Shown here: positions 20,290-28,852 of the stretch, in pieces | How positions within the stretch are numbered: position 1 is the stretch's first letter | How the letters are laid out: every line of letters begins with the position of its first letter | Source of the DNA: Nanobdellota archaeon | GTDB taxonomy: Archaea; Nanobdellota; Nanobdellia; Woesearchaeales; UBA10107 | Direction: 5' to 3' | DNA: 64,000 nucleotides | Assembly: GCA_042571125.1 (NCBI GenBank) | Contig: JBHPFU010000002.1 | Coordinates: 109,878-173,877, forward strand | Translations under genes and position numbers: made by a program | The notes under the pieces: generated by a model | What the model was told of the DNA's origin: nothing | What the model saw: the letters and a program-made list of their open reading frames with translations, nothing else | The model's database searches: none

Positions 20290-21044
20290 AAGAGAAAGTA
20301 TTTTTTGGGAACAAAAAAGGAAAAAAGCTTTGTGGAATAATATCTGACCCAACAGAGGATAAAGAAAAACCGATCATTATTTTAGTTCATGGACTTAGTT
20401 CAGGTAAAGACGGACGTACATTTACTACATTAGAACAAACTCTTAATGAAAAAGAAATCTCTATATTCAGATTTGATCTGCATGGCCATGGAGAAAGCGA
20501 AGGAAAATTTGAAGATGTAACTGTTTCTGAGGCTGTTGATGATATTTTGAATGCTATTGACTTCTTAAAGGGTCTTGGTTATTCAAAAATAGGGTTGGTT
20601 GGTTCAAGTTTTGGAGGGATCTCTGCGATGGGTGCTGCTTCAAAATCAAAAGACGTATTTGTTCTTGCTTTGAAAGCTCCCGCTATAAATATAAAAGAAA
20701 AAGGGGGCCCAAATGTAGAAGACAGATTGGAAGATTGGAAGAAAAAAGGATACAGCAATTATGTTAGTGGCAGTCAGGGTAAGTTAAAGTTAAACTATAC
20801 GTTTATGGAAGATGCAGAAAAGCATAACGGTTATGATGTTGCTAAGGATATCAAAATTCCGGTTTTGATTGTTCATGGAGACCAAGACGATGCTGTTCCT
20901 ATTGAACAAAGCATAAAAGCTGCAGATATTCTTGAAAACGGACAATTAGAGATTCTTAAAGGAACAGGCCATGATTTTAAACCTATTGAAAACTTTGAAA
21001 AGTTAATAGAATTGATTTCTGAATTTATAACCAAACATTCATAA
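20286..21044 (+). CDS. Alpha/beta hydrolase
   Basis: HG, FD..GHGESEG, GSSFGG nucleophile elbow, HGDQD, GH triad. Confidence 0.9.
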   Translation: MKEKVFFGNKKGKKLCGIISDPTEDKEKPIIILVHGLSSGKDGRTFTTLEQTLNEKEISIFRFDLHGHGESEGKFEDVTVSEAVDDILNAIDFLKGLGYSKIGLVGSSFGGISAMGAASKSKDVFVLALKAPAINIKEKGGPNVEDRLEDWKKKGYSNYVSGSQGKLKLNYTFMEDAEKHNGYDVAKDIKIPVLIVHGDQDDAVPIEQSIKAADILENGQLEILKGTGHDFKPIENFEKLIELISEFITKHS

Positions 21045-21045
21045 T

Positions 21046-21124
21046 AAAAAAAGAAAAAACTTCACACCAAGCGGTGTGAAGGTTCTGGCCTTCATTAATC
21101 GTTGGGGGTGGTTAAATGAAGGCT
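21046..21124 (-). terminator. Double hairpin plus U-tract downstream of ftsZ
   Basis: cttcacacc-aagc-ggtgtgaag (21060-21081) and gccttcatt...aatgaaggc (21088-21123), followed on the minus strand by a T-rich run. Confidence 0.55.
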
Positions 21125-21139
21125 AAGAAAAAACGATCT

Positions 21140-22225
21140 TCATCTGACCATTTCTATTCCTAGTTCCGTACTAATCTGAGAAGATTGTGCGGTAGGAGTT
21201 CTGTGGTCTGTTTTCCCTAGAATCCAGGGGGATTTAACACCAGTAATGATGGTCATTATGGTGATCTTTCCTTTCATTTCTTCAGCAACACGTGCTCCCC
21301 AGATGATATTCGCATCTGGATCCATTGCTTCTGTTACCATTTCTCCAATTCTGTTGATATCGTCAAGAGTCATATCAGGACCGCCACATACGTGGATGAT
21401 CGCTCCTGTTGCTCCCTCGTAATTGATATCTAACAGTGGGTTGCTTAGTGCTCCTTTAACTGCTTCATCTACTTTATTGTTTGTGTCAGAAGCGCCTACA
21501 CCAATCGCAGCTACGCCACCATTTGTCATGATAGCTTTAACATCTGCATAGTCTAGGTTTACTAAGCTTGGAATTGCGATTGTTTCAACAATTCCTTTAA
21601 TCATTGTTGAGATTAGTTCGTTTGCAACAGCAAATGCCTGTTTAACTGGCAAATTACCTGCGATGTTTGCTAATCTATTATTGTCAATAACAATTACAGT
21701 ATCTGAAACCTCTCTTAATTGTTGAAGTCCAAATTCTGCTTTGTCGATTCTTGCTCTTTCGATATTGAAAGGCATTGTAACTGTTCCGATTACAATTGCT
21801 CCTGATTCTTTAGCAAGTTGAGCAACAACCGGTGCAGCACCTGTTCCTGTTCCGCCGCCCATTCCAGCGCAAACAAATACCATGTCTGCCTGCTTAAGAG
21901 ATTCTCTTATGCTCTGGATGCTTTCTTTAGCAGCTTCCTCTCCTTTTTGAGGATATCCTCCACATCCAAGCCCTCTTGTAAGGTCTCTTCCGATTAGGAA
22001 TTTCTTATCTGCCTCTGTGACAGCAAGATGTTGTTGGTCAGTGTTACAAGCGATAATTTCAGCGCCATCTACACTCTTTTTGGAGAGCCAGTCAATCATA
22101 TTATTTCCTGCTCCTCCTACTCCCATTACCTTTATATTTGCCTGGCTTAACTCTACGCCAGACTCTTCCATTTGTTTATCCTTTTTCTCAGCCGTTTCCA
22201 TTGCGTTTTGCATGATGAAGTCCAT
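21140..22225 (-). CDS. ftsZ: Cell division GTPase FtsZ (FtsZ2-like)
   Basis: GVGGAGNN, GMGGGTGTG, IDNNRL, SLVNLDYAD; start taken at MDFIMQ behind a GGGGG SD. Confidence 0.93.
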   Translation of the reverse strand: MDFIMQNAMETAEKKDKQMEESGVELSQANIKVMGVGGAGNNMIDWLSKKSVDGAEIIACNTDQQHLAVTEADKKFLIGRDLTRGLGCGGYPQKGEEAAKESIQSIRESLKQADMVFVCAGMGGGTGTGAAPVVAQLAKESGAIVIGTVTMPFNIERARIDKAEFGLQQLREVSDTVIVIDNNRLANIAGNLPVKQAFAVANELISTMIKGIVETIAIPSLVNLDYADVKAIMTNGGVAAIGVGASDTNNKVDEAVKGALSNPLLDINYEGATGAIIHVCGGPDMTLDDINRIGEMVTEAMDPDANIIWGARVAEEMKGKITIMTIITGVKSPWILGKTDHRTPTAQSSQISTELGIEMVR

Positions 22226-22311
22226 TTTTTCTGCCCCCTTTTTAGGTTTTTTTTTGAATGTGGATAGCACAAACCGAAATCTTTAAATACTAGTTTATAC
22301 TATACTCTTAT

Positions 22312-22375
22312 TTAGAATTCGCCAAAATTCGATCAAACACGGGTTCGCCAAAACTCAGTGTTTCAATTTCTTTTA
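22312..22375 (+). ncRNA. Candidate small RNA with two hairpins sharing a CGCCAA loop
   Basis: cgaaatc-tttaaata promoter-like element at 22275-22289; stems gaatt/aattc and aaacacgggtt/aactcagtgttt; T-rich 3' end. Confidence 0.4.
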
Positions 22376-22525
22376 TTATCTTATCAACATATAAAAGCAT
22401 TTCTGGATTATGAAATATATATTGGAGTATACACATTGGTATACTGGGGGCTTAATTCACCAATCTTCAGCAATTACAGCCTTTCTAAAGGTTTTTAAAT
22501 AACCTATTATTCTGTAGTCACCAAC

Positions 22526-23239
22526 ATGACACTATATTTGATAGGAATTGGACTAAATGATGAAAAAGACATTACTTTGAAAGGTCTTGAGATAGTCAAA
22601 AAATGCTCAAAAGTTTTTCTAGAAAGCTATACTTCTATACTTCAGATTGATATATCCAAATTAGAAGAATTATACGGCAAAAAGGTGATTTTAGCAGACA
22701 GAGAGCTTGTCGAGAAAAACTCGGATGAAATACTTTCTGGAGAAGATGTTGCCTTTTTAGTTATTGGTGATGCTCTATCCGCAACAACTCATGTTGATCT
22801 TATGGAAAGAGCTAAGGAAAAAAACATTAATGTAGAAGTAATTCACAATGCTGCGGTCTTAACTGCAGTTGGTGTTACAGGTTTACAGCTCTATAAGTTT
22901 GGAAAAACAACTTCGATTCCATTCCATGATGCAGTAACTCCTTGCAGAATAATAAAAGAGAATCAAAGCATTGGTGCGCACACATTATGTTTATTGGATT
23001 TAGATCCAATCAATAATAAATTCCTAACAATAAAAGAAGGGATTGATAAATTAATAGAAGGGGGATTTAAAGAAGATACTCTCTGTGTTGGATGTGCGCG
23101 TCTTGGTTCAAAAGATTTTGTTGTTAAAACTGGAACTGCTAAAGAATTAAAAGAATTTGAATTTGGTTCTGCACCATACTGTTTAATTGTTCCAGGCGAT
23201 TTGCATTTTGTTGAAGAAGAAATAATAAAAAATTACTGA
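22526..23239 (+). CDS. dph5: Diphthine synthase
   Basis: LYLIGIGL..EKDIT.KG, E.YTS, GD..SATTH, GLQLYKFG.T, HTL.LLD, LHF.E. Confidence 0.93.
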   Translation: MTLYLIGIGLNDEKDITLKGLEIVKKCSKVFLESYTSILQIDISKLEELYGKKVILADRELVEKNSDEILSGEDVAFLVIGDALSATTHVDLMERAKEKNINVEVIHNAAVLTAVGVTGLQLYKFGKTTSIPFHDAVTPCRIIKENQSIGAHTLCLLDLDPINNKFLTIKEGIDKLIEGGFKEDTLCVGCARLGSKDFVVKTGTAKELKEFEFGSAPYCLIVPGDLHFVEEEIIKNY

Positions 23240-23580
23240 CAAATCCCGTTCTTACATTCGTTCTCGCATCTAAAGTTCTGGCTTCTTGGTTGTCCGTCTT
23301 CGCAGTAGTACTCAATTAAGTAAACAAAACCAAGACAGTCGTCGGTATTATCAAAAGAAGTTCCATCTATCCAAGCTCCTGTTATTCCTCCTCTTGTTGT
23401 TTCATCAATTCCAGAATCTGAATCTGAGCATTCTGTTGCGATCATCTCTTTTGATGTTGAGGCAGGTGTTTCTTGTACTGCCGATGTTTCTTCAGAAGTG
23501 ATTGGTTCTGAAACAATCTCAGTTTTTGTACATCCTAATAGAAGAACAGTCAAAATGATTAATAGCCACGCTCTTTTCAT
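23233..23580 (-). CDS. Lipoprotein with a CxDSD-type Cys-rich extracellular domain
   Basis: MKR..hydrophobic LLGC lipobox; CSDSDSG...DC...LIEYYC...C...C..G.C. Confidence 0.7.
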   Translation of the reverse strand: MKRAWLLIILTVLLLGCTKTEIVSEPITSEETSAVQETPASTSKEMIATECSDSDSGIDETTRGGITGAWIDGTSFDNTDDCLGFVYLIEYYCEDGQPRSQNFRCENECKNGICQ

Positions 23581-23667
23581 AATGACTATTATATCCAACT
23601 TATATATATAGTTTTCTGCCTATTTTTAAAAACTTTTATAAATCAACTTAATCTTAATTTTTCATAT

Positions 23668-23740
23668 AGCCCCGTGGTGTAGTGGCCAATCATCTAGGAT
23701 TTTGGGTCCTGGGACCGCGGTTCAAATCCGCGCGGGGCTA
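23668..23740 (+). tRNA. tRNA-Gln(TTG)
   Basis: AGCCCCG/CGGGGCT acceptor (A1-U72), TAGGA-TTTTGGG-TCCTG anticodon arm, TTCAAAT T-loop; upstream tttataaa. Confidence 0.93.
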
Positions 23741-23777
23741 CTATTTTAAATATCAGTTCTTTCTTAGAAGCCTACGC

Positions 23778-23894
23778 AGCCCCGTGGTGTAGTGGCCAAT
23801 CATAACCGGTTCTGGACCTGTTGACCGCGGTTCAAATATTTGCGCCTGGAGCGACAATGCTCTGAACGTCAGTGAGAAAGTCCGCGCGGGGCTA
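23778..23894 (+). tRNA. tRNA-Gln(CTG) with a 44-nt intron (23837-23880) in the T-loop, position 59/60
   Basis: 5' half nearly identical to the upstream tRNA-Gln. Anticodon loop TTCTGGA. The T-arm CGCGG-TTCAAA/T-CCGCG is interrupted by a self-complementary insert. Confidence 0.85.
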
Positions 23895-23937
23895 TTTTTC
23901 AGTTAAATTTATAATTTCTGTATATTTAACAGGCAAT

Positions 23938-24555
23938 ATGAAAGAGGTGTTTAAGAAAGAGAATTATCCTAAGCTTTTGCTTTACATATTCTTAATCTAC
24001 TGGATAATAATGGGGATCTCTCCCCATTATCGTGGAGCGTGGATTAGTGAGAATCTTTTAACAGTATTCTTTGTCGGACTTTTAATCTTAACATATAAAA
24101 AGTTTAGATTCTCTAACTTAAGTTACACTTTATTTTTCATATTTTTGGTATTGCATGTTATAGGAAGTTATTATTCTTATACAGAAATGCCTTTGTTTAA
24201 TTTAATCAAAGACTGGATGAATCTTAGCAGGAATCATTATGATCGCGTAATACATTTCTTATTCGGGGTTATGTTTTTCGTTCCTGTCTATGAATTTTTA
24301 TCTAAGAAATTCAAGATAAAGGATTTCTGGGGATACTTGCTAACATTTTTAGTGATTACCGCTGCAAAAGGCAGTTATGAGATTATAGAGTATTTAACTA
24401 TCTTTGTTGTTAACCAGGAATTGCTTGTTACAAATTTTCTAGGAATGCAAGGCGACAAATGGGACTCGCAAAAAGATTTAATTTTGGGTATGCTCGGCTC
24501 AGGGTTTGTTTGGCTAACAATATGGATAAAAACTCGTTTTAAGAAGCGTAATTAA
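23938..24555 (+). CDS. DUF2238/YjdF-like inner membrane protein
   Basis: W..EN, LH..G..Y.Y, RNHYDR..HF..G, YE.IE, FLG.QGD.WD.QKD motifs; true ATG at 23938. Confidence 0.85.
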   Translation: MKEVFKKENYPKLLLYIFLIYWIIMGISPHYRGAWISENLLTVFFVGLLILTYKKFRFSNLSYTLFFIFLVLHVIGSYYSYTEMPLFNLIKDWMNLSRNHYDRVIHFLFGVMFFVPVYEFLSKKFKIKDFWGYLLTFLVITAAKGSYEIIEYLTIFVVNQELLVTNFLGMQGDKWDSQKDLILGMLGSGFVWLTIWIKTRFKKRN

Positions 24556-24919
24556 GAGCTAATCTGCTTGGTTTTGTTGGTTCTCGCATAGGTATTACAA
24601 TAATATCAGATTTTGGATGATTAACTCCGTAGTTCATTCTGATAAATGAATAGAACTTACTAAGTTCTTTAAGACTAAATCCGGAATAGTGTTTTTGATA
24701 TCTCCCAAACGCAGCAGAGTATCTTGGATGTTTTTGATTTGATTCCATAACAATAGCTAGGTCAGAAAGAAGCCCTTCTAATCTTGGTTTCAGCCTGTGT
24801 TTAAGGCTATTTTTAAGGGTATCTGTGATTGTTTTGAACTCATCATTATCCTTTAAGCTATAGAAAAATTGATGGCTTTCATAAAGCTCAAACAAACTAT
24901 CTGGTGTTTTTTCTGCCAT
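24539..24919 (-). CDS. Hypothetical protein, divergent from dnaG operon
   Basis: 126-aa ORF with GGGG SD and minus-strand tttatata box. Confidence 0.6.
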   Translation of the reverse strand: MAEKTPDSLFELYESHQFFYSLKDNDEFKTITDTLKNSLKHRLKPRLEGLLSDLAIVMESNQKHPRYSAAFGRYQKHYSGFSLKELSKFYSFIRMNYGVNHPKSDIIVIPMREPTKPSRLALNYAS

Positions 24920-24987
24920 TTATACTGCCCCAACTATAGTTTGGGTCATAACAATCTATATAAAGTTTTATCTACTCCAGAATAGGT

Positions 24988-26805
24988 ATGGGGTGGCAGG
25001 ATTCTTTATCTACAGAGACGATTGCAAATATTAGAAGTCTGAATATCTCGTGGATTATTGACAATTTTGTTCCGGGCCATAAGATGGTTCAAACAGAAGG
25101 AGCATATACTGGCCCATGTCCGATTCATAAAGGAAAAAAGACAGAGTTTGCAGCAAGAAATAATTACTTTACTTGTTTTAAATGTGGAGAAAAAGGGGAT
25201 GGCATTGATTTTGTGCAGGCACTAAAAAGCATAGACGGACTTAATGCTGCAAAACTGATAAGCAAAGCTGCAGATATTCCTTTTGAAACAGCAACAAGTG
25301 AACATGACGCATTAACAAGAGAATTAATGTATCAGATACATGAAGATTCTGCAGAGTACTATCGCAAAAATCTTTCTGTAAGTTCAAAAGATAAAAAAGA
25401 TGCATTGGACTATCTTCTTTCAAGAGTTAGTGAACAATCAATAAGAGAATGGGGTCTTGGATTTGCACCAAGAATGGGCTTATCTAGTTTTCTTATAGAA
25501 AAAGGGCACGATGCTGATTTAGTATCTCGATTAGGGCTTAGAGTAAAATCAGAAGATAGAGGAAACTGGTATGATTTCTTCAGAAACAGAATTATGTTTC
25601 CTATTAAAAATGAAAGAGGCAAAGTTGTTGGGTTTGCAGGGAGAGATATTGAAAAAGATCCAAGAATAAAATATATGAACAGCAGAGAGAGCGAAATCTA
25701 TAGAAAATCAGAGTGTCTTTTTGGAATTGACAAGGCAATAAGAGACATACGTATAAAAAAACAAGTAATCGTTATGGAAGGGTATATGGATGTTATAGCA
25801 GCGCATGAAAATGGAATTGAAAACTGCGTGGCTGTTGCCGGAACTGCTCTAAATTATGGATTAATAAGAACATTATCAAGATATGCAAGAGACATAACTC
25901 TTTGTTTTGATCCAGATGCTGCAGGATGGACTGCAACAGAAAGGATTGGTAAGACTGCATTATCAGAAAAGGTAGCAATCAACATTGTGGATCTTGGGCA
26001 TGGTGACCCCGACGAATTTCTAAAAGAATATGGCAAGAAGAAATTCTTATCTGCAATAAAAAACGGTGTGAATCCTATTGAATTTATTTTAGAACGTAAA
26101 GGATTAAAGAAAATAAAAGGGATTGATAACCGATGTTTGGCAGTACGGGATCTTTATCCAGTAATCGATTCTACAACTGATCCTGCACAGAAATCTGCCT
26201 GGCTGGAATACATTGCTAAAGAGCTAAAGATAAATTCTAGGGCGCTTAACAAAAGCTATAACTTGCATGTAAGAGAACTCGCAGGTTATCAGAACGGAAG
26301 ACCTATCGAACAATATTTTCTTGGATTTCTTACATCTAACACAACACATAGAATGCGTGCGAAAGAAAAATTCATACGAGAGAATTTTTCAAGACCGGAA
26401 TATGGCCTGTATTTTGAATTTCTCTGCTTTGATGAAGAAGCAAAAGATGTTGTTTATAATCCTGACCTGCAGATGGACGAGAATTCTTTGTTTACCAAAG
26501 TTCAATTGAGCGACTTGCTTGATAAATTTAAAAGTTATTGTAAAGAAAGAAAGATAATTCTTCGTCAAACTCAGCTGGGAAATCTTGAAGGTATGCTTTT
26601 GAGTTCTACAAACGAAATTTCTGACTTTGTAAGGCAAATGGAGATGCAGGTTCTGGCAGATAAACTGGAATATAAAAAAGGTCTTATAAAAAAACTTGAG
26701 AGAGAAAGTGCAGATCACTCTCTTATTCCTAACCTTGTGGTTGAGTACAATAAATTACATAGTAAATACGAATCACTAAAACATTATATTAATCAGGGTG
26801 TTTAA
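24988..26805 (+). CDS. dnaG: Bacterial-type DNA primase DnaG (CHC2 Zn finger, RNAP/TOPRIM, DnaB-binding-like helical region)
   Basis: CPIH...F.CFKC..GD, FRNRIMFPI....G.VVGF.GR, KY.NS.ES..Y.K...LFG, VMEGYMDV, GTAL, CFDPD.AG, DPDEF. Confidence 0.92.
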   Translation: MGWQDSLSTETIANIRSLNISWIIDNFVPGHKMVQTEGAYTGPCPIHKGKKTEFAARNNYFTCFKCGEKGDGIDFVQALKSIDGLNAAKLISKAADIPFETATSEHDALTRELMYQIHEDSAEYYRKNLSVSSKDKKDALDYLLSRVSEQSIREWGLGFAPRMGLSSFLIEKGHDADLVSRLGLRVKSEDRGNWYDFFRNRIMFPIKNERGKVVGFAGRDIEKDPRIKYMNSRESEIYRKSECLFGIDKAIRDIRIKKQVIVMEGYMDVIAAHENGIENCVAVAGTALNYGLIRTLSRYARDITLCFDPDAAGWTATERIGKTALSEKVAINIVDLGHGDPDEFLKEYGKKKFLSAIKNGVNPIEFILERKGLKKIKGIDNRCLAVRDLYPVIDSTTDPAQKSAWLEYIAKELKINSRALNKSYNLHVRELAGYQNGRPIEQYFLGFLTSNTTHRMRAKEKFIRENFSRPEYGLYFEFLCFDEEAKDVVYNPDLQMDENSLFTKVQLSDLLDKFKSYCKERKIILRQTQLGNLEGMLLSSTNEISDFVRQMEMQVLADKLEYKKGLIKKLERESADHSLIPNLVVEYNKLHSKYESLKHYINQGV

Positions 26806-28852
26806 GATTATCAGAAAGTTAACAAAAGAGGAAAAACGAGAAATAGCGGGTAAGACGAGAAGGGCGGGTTATTCTTCTAAAAAAAATATTGCGATTGGTG
26901 AGCTATACCGACATAACAGAGGATTATACAATTATTTAAAAAGAAGGGGGAGGTCTATTGGAACTAATAATATTTCTCATTTATTGACTGAGTCTGGATT
27001 TGATGCGGGGCAAACAAGAGACATAAGAGCAGAATTAATTAAAGAACTTAAGAACGAGTTCCCTTTGTCAAGAGTACGAGAAATTGTTAAAAGAGGACCT
27101 CAGACTCCGAAAAAGAGCGGATTGATTTCACTTAAAAAAGTAATCTGCAGGTATAAGTCTAAAAGAGTGAAATGTAAAGATTTGCCACCTACACGAAAAA
27201 TAATTGATTCTTTATATGCACAACATCCTCACTTATCGTTTTATTTGACAGGCCAAGTAAAAGCAGGAGATTTTACGCCCACTGAGATGGGTTCAACATT
27301 AAGAGATGTGTACTTCACAGGTGGAGATATTTCCTGCACAGGATTGCAACAACGTGAATTTGGTCTTTATTGGAGATGGTTAACTGCTCATGCAAAAATG
27401 CAAAGCGAAAATCTATTCGGTCAAGATAAAAGAAATCTAACAAAGATTGTTGAAGAGTTATCCAACATACGTGCTGCTGACTTTTCAATAAAACATGCAA
27501 AAGAAACAAAAACTCTTGGAAACATAAGCGAGAATCTTACAAGAACTATTCTTTGGTCTACACTTGTTTTAGATCAGTTCGGAAAAAGGCAAACTAACGC
27601 ATTCAAAAGATGCTACCCCTTGCCTTTTTCCGATATTTTTCCAGTATACGGAAGAGAACAAGGATTAAAGTGCGAACACGCACCAGCACAGGAAGGAGAT
27701 AAAGAACTTTATGCAGATGCGGTTATTAGATCACTTGATGAGTTATGTTATGTAGAAGTTAAGAATTTTACAACTGCTCACGGTAATGTTTTATCAGAAT
27801 TAAAGGGGAAAATATGTTCAGAAAGAGTTTTGTTTTGGAATAAAGGAGACAGGGATGTAACAAGAAAGACTTTAGTTGTACATTCAACAGATAAAGTCTA
27901 CAGAGACGTTGTTGATTCTTTAAAAGGAGAAGATCTTTCTTTTGTTTCGCCTTCTGAATTCAGAAAAAGTCTTGAAATAACATTACGAGATTTGGAAAGC
28001 AGCGGGTATACAACACCGCAGGTTTATTCTGCTGAACAAATTCTAAAAGCGTATGATATCATTGCTGAACGTCCGCATATTTTAATCCGACCGAGTCATG
28101 AACAGGAATTTAAATTTATCAATGACGTTACAAAAGATCTGCTTACAAAACTTCAAAGAGGATACCGAGCAAATGGTTACAAACCAATAACTGTCTTCTC
28201 AAGAAAAGGAAGATTAATAGAAAATAGTGAAGGGACATTCCAATTATTTAAACTGCCCCTACAAAATTTGCCTGATTCAAATGTCAAGGCACAGGTTATG
28301 AAAAGAATGGATGATCTTCATCCTGGAAAATTATTCATGGACATTGAAACCATGGGTTTTCATGGAAAACAGATCTTCCTTATCGGAACAATGTACAATT
28401 CAGGAAGAGATATAACTGCAGAGCTTGCTTTTGCAAGGAATCCATTAGAAGAACGGGCAGTGCTAAAACACTTCTGTGCTCAGGCACAGAATTATGATGA
28501 AGTAATAACCTATAACGGGAAAAGCTTTGATTATCCTGCAATTAAAAAAAGGCTTGTTTCAAACAGGATGAGCGATACCCTCCCAGATAAACACACTGAC
28601 TATTATCGCGTATTAATGAAAACCGGAATATATAAAAAGACAAACTCTGCAAGGCTTTCGGAACTATATAAGTTATTTGGGGAAGAAAGGGAAGATATCA
28701 GCAGCGCAGAAGTCCCTCAGAGATATCTGGACTGGATGAAGCACGGGTCAGCAGAGGCAATAAATGATGAGATTGAACATAACGTGCTCGATCTGCTCAC
28801 AATGGCAGCAGTTTACTTATCACCAAATCTTTTGAAAGGCAGGAAGATATAA
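26798..28852 (+). CDS. Fusion protein: basic N-terminal region + PD-(D/E)xK nuclease + YprB/MrfB-like RNase H-fold DEDDh exonuclease
   Basis: LGNISE..., YADAVI...YVEVK; C-terminal FMDIETMG, TYNGKSFDYP, HNVLDL. GTG start overlaps the dnaG end. Confidence 0.78.
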   Translation: MFKIIRKLTKEEKREIAGKTRRAGYSSKKNIAIGELYRHNRGLYNYLKRRGRSIGTNNISHLLTESGFDAGQTRDIRAELIKELKNEFPLSRVREIVKRGPQTPKKSGLISLKKVICRYKSKRVKCKDLPPTRKIIDSLYAQHPHLSFYLTGQVKAGDFTPTEMGSTLRDVYFTGGDISCTGLQQREFGLYWRWLTAHAKMQSENLFGQDKRNLTKIVEELSNIRAADFSIKHAKETKTLGNISENLTRTILWSTLVLDQFGKRQTNAFKRCYPLPFSDIFPVYGREQGLKCEHAPAQEGDKELYADAVIRSLDELCYVEVKNFTTAHGNVLSELKGKICSERVLFWNKGDRDVTRKTLVVHSTDKVYRDVVDSLKGEDLSFVSPSEFRKSLEITLRDLESSGYTTPQVYSAEQILKAYDIIAERPHILIRPSHEQEFKFINDVTKDLLTKLQRGYRANGYKPITVFSRKGRLIENSEGTFQLFKLPLQNLPDSNVKAQVMKRMDDLHPGKLFMDIETMGFHGKQIFLIGTMYNSGRDITAELAFARNPLEERAVLKHFCAQAQNYDEVITYNGKSFDYPAIKKRLVSNRMSDTLPDKHTDYYRVLMKTGIYKKTNSARLSELYKLFGEEREDISSAEVPQRYLDWMKHGSAEAINDEIEHNVLDLLTMAAVYLSPNLLKGRKI

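Noticed and set aside
23872..23937. GTG start for the DUF2238 gene
   Set aside because: It falls in the tRNA-Gln intron and 3' exon.
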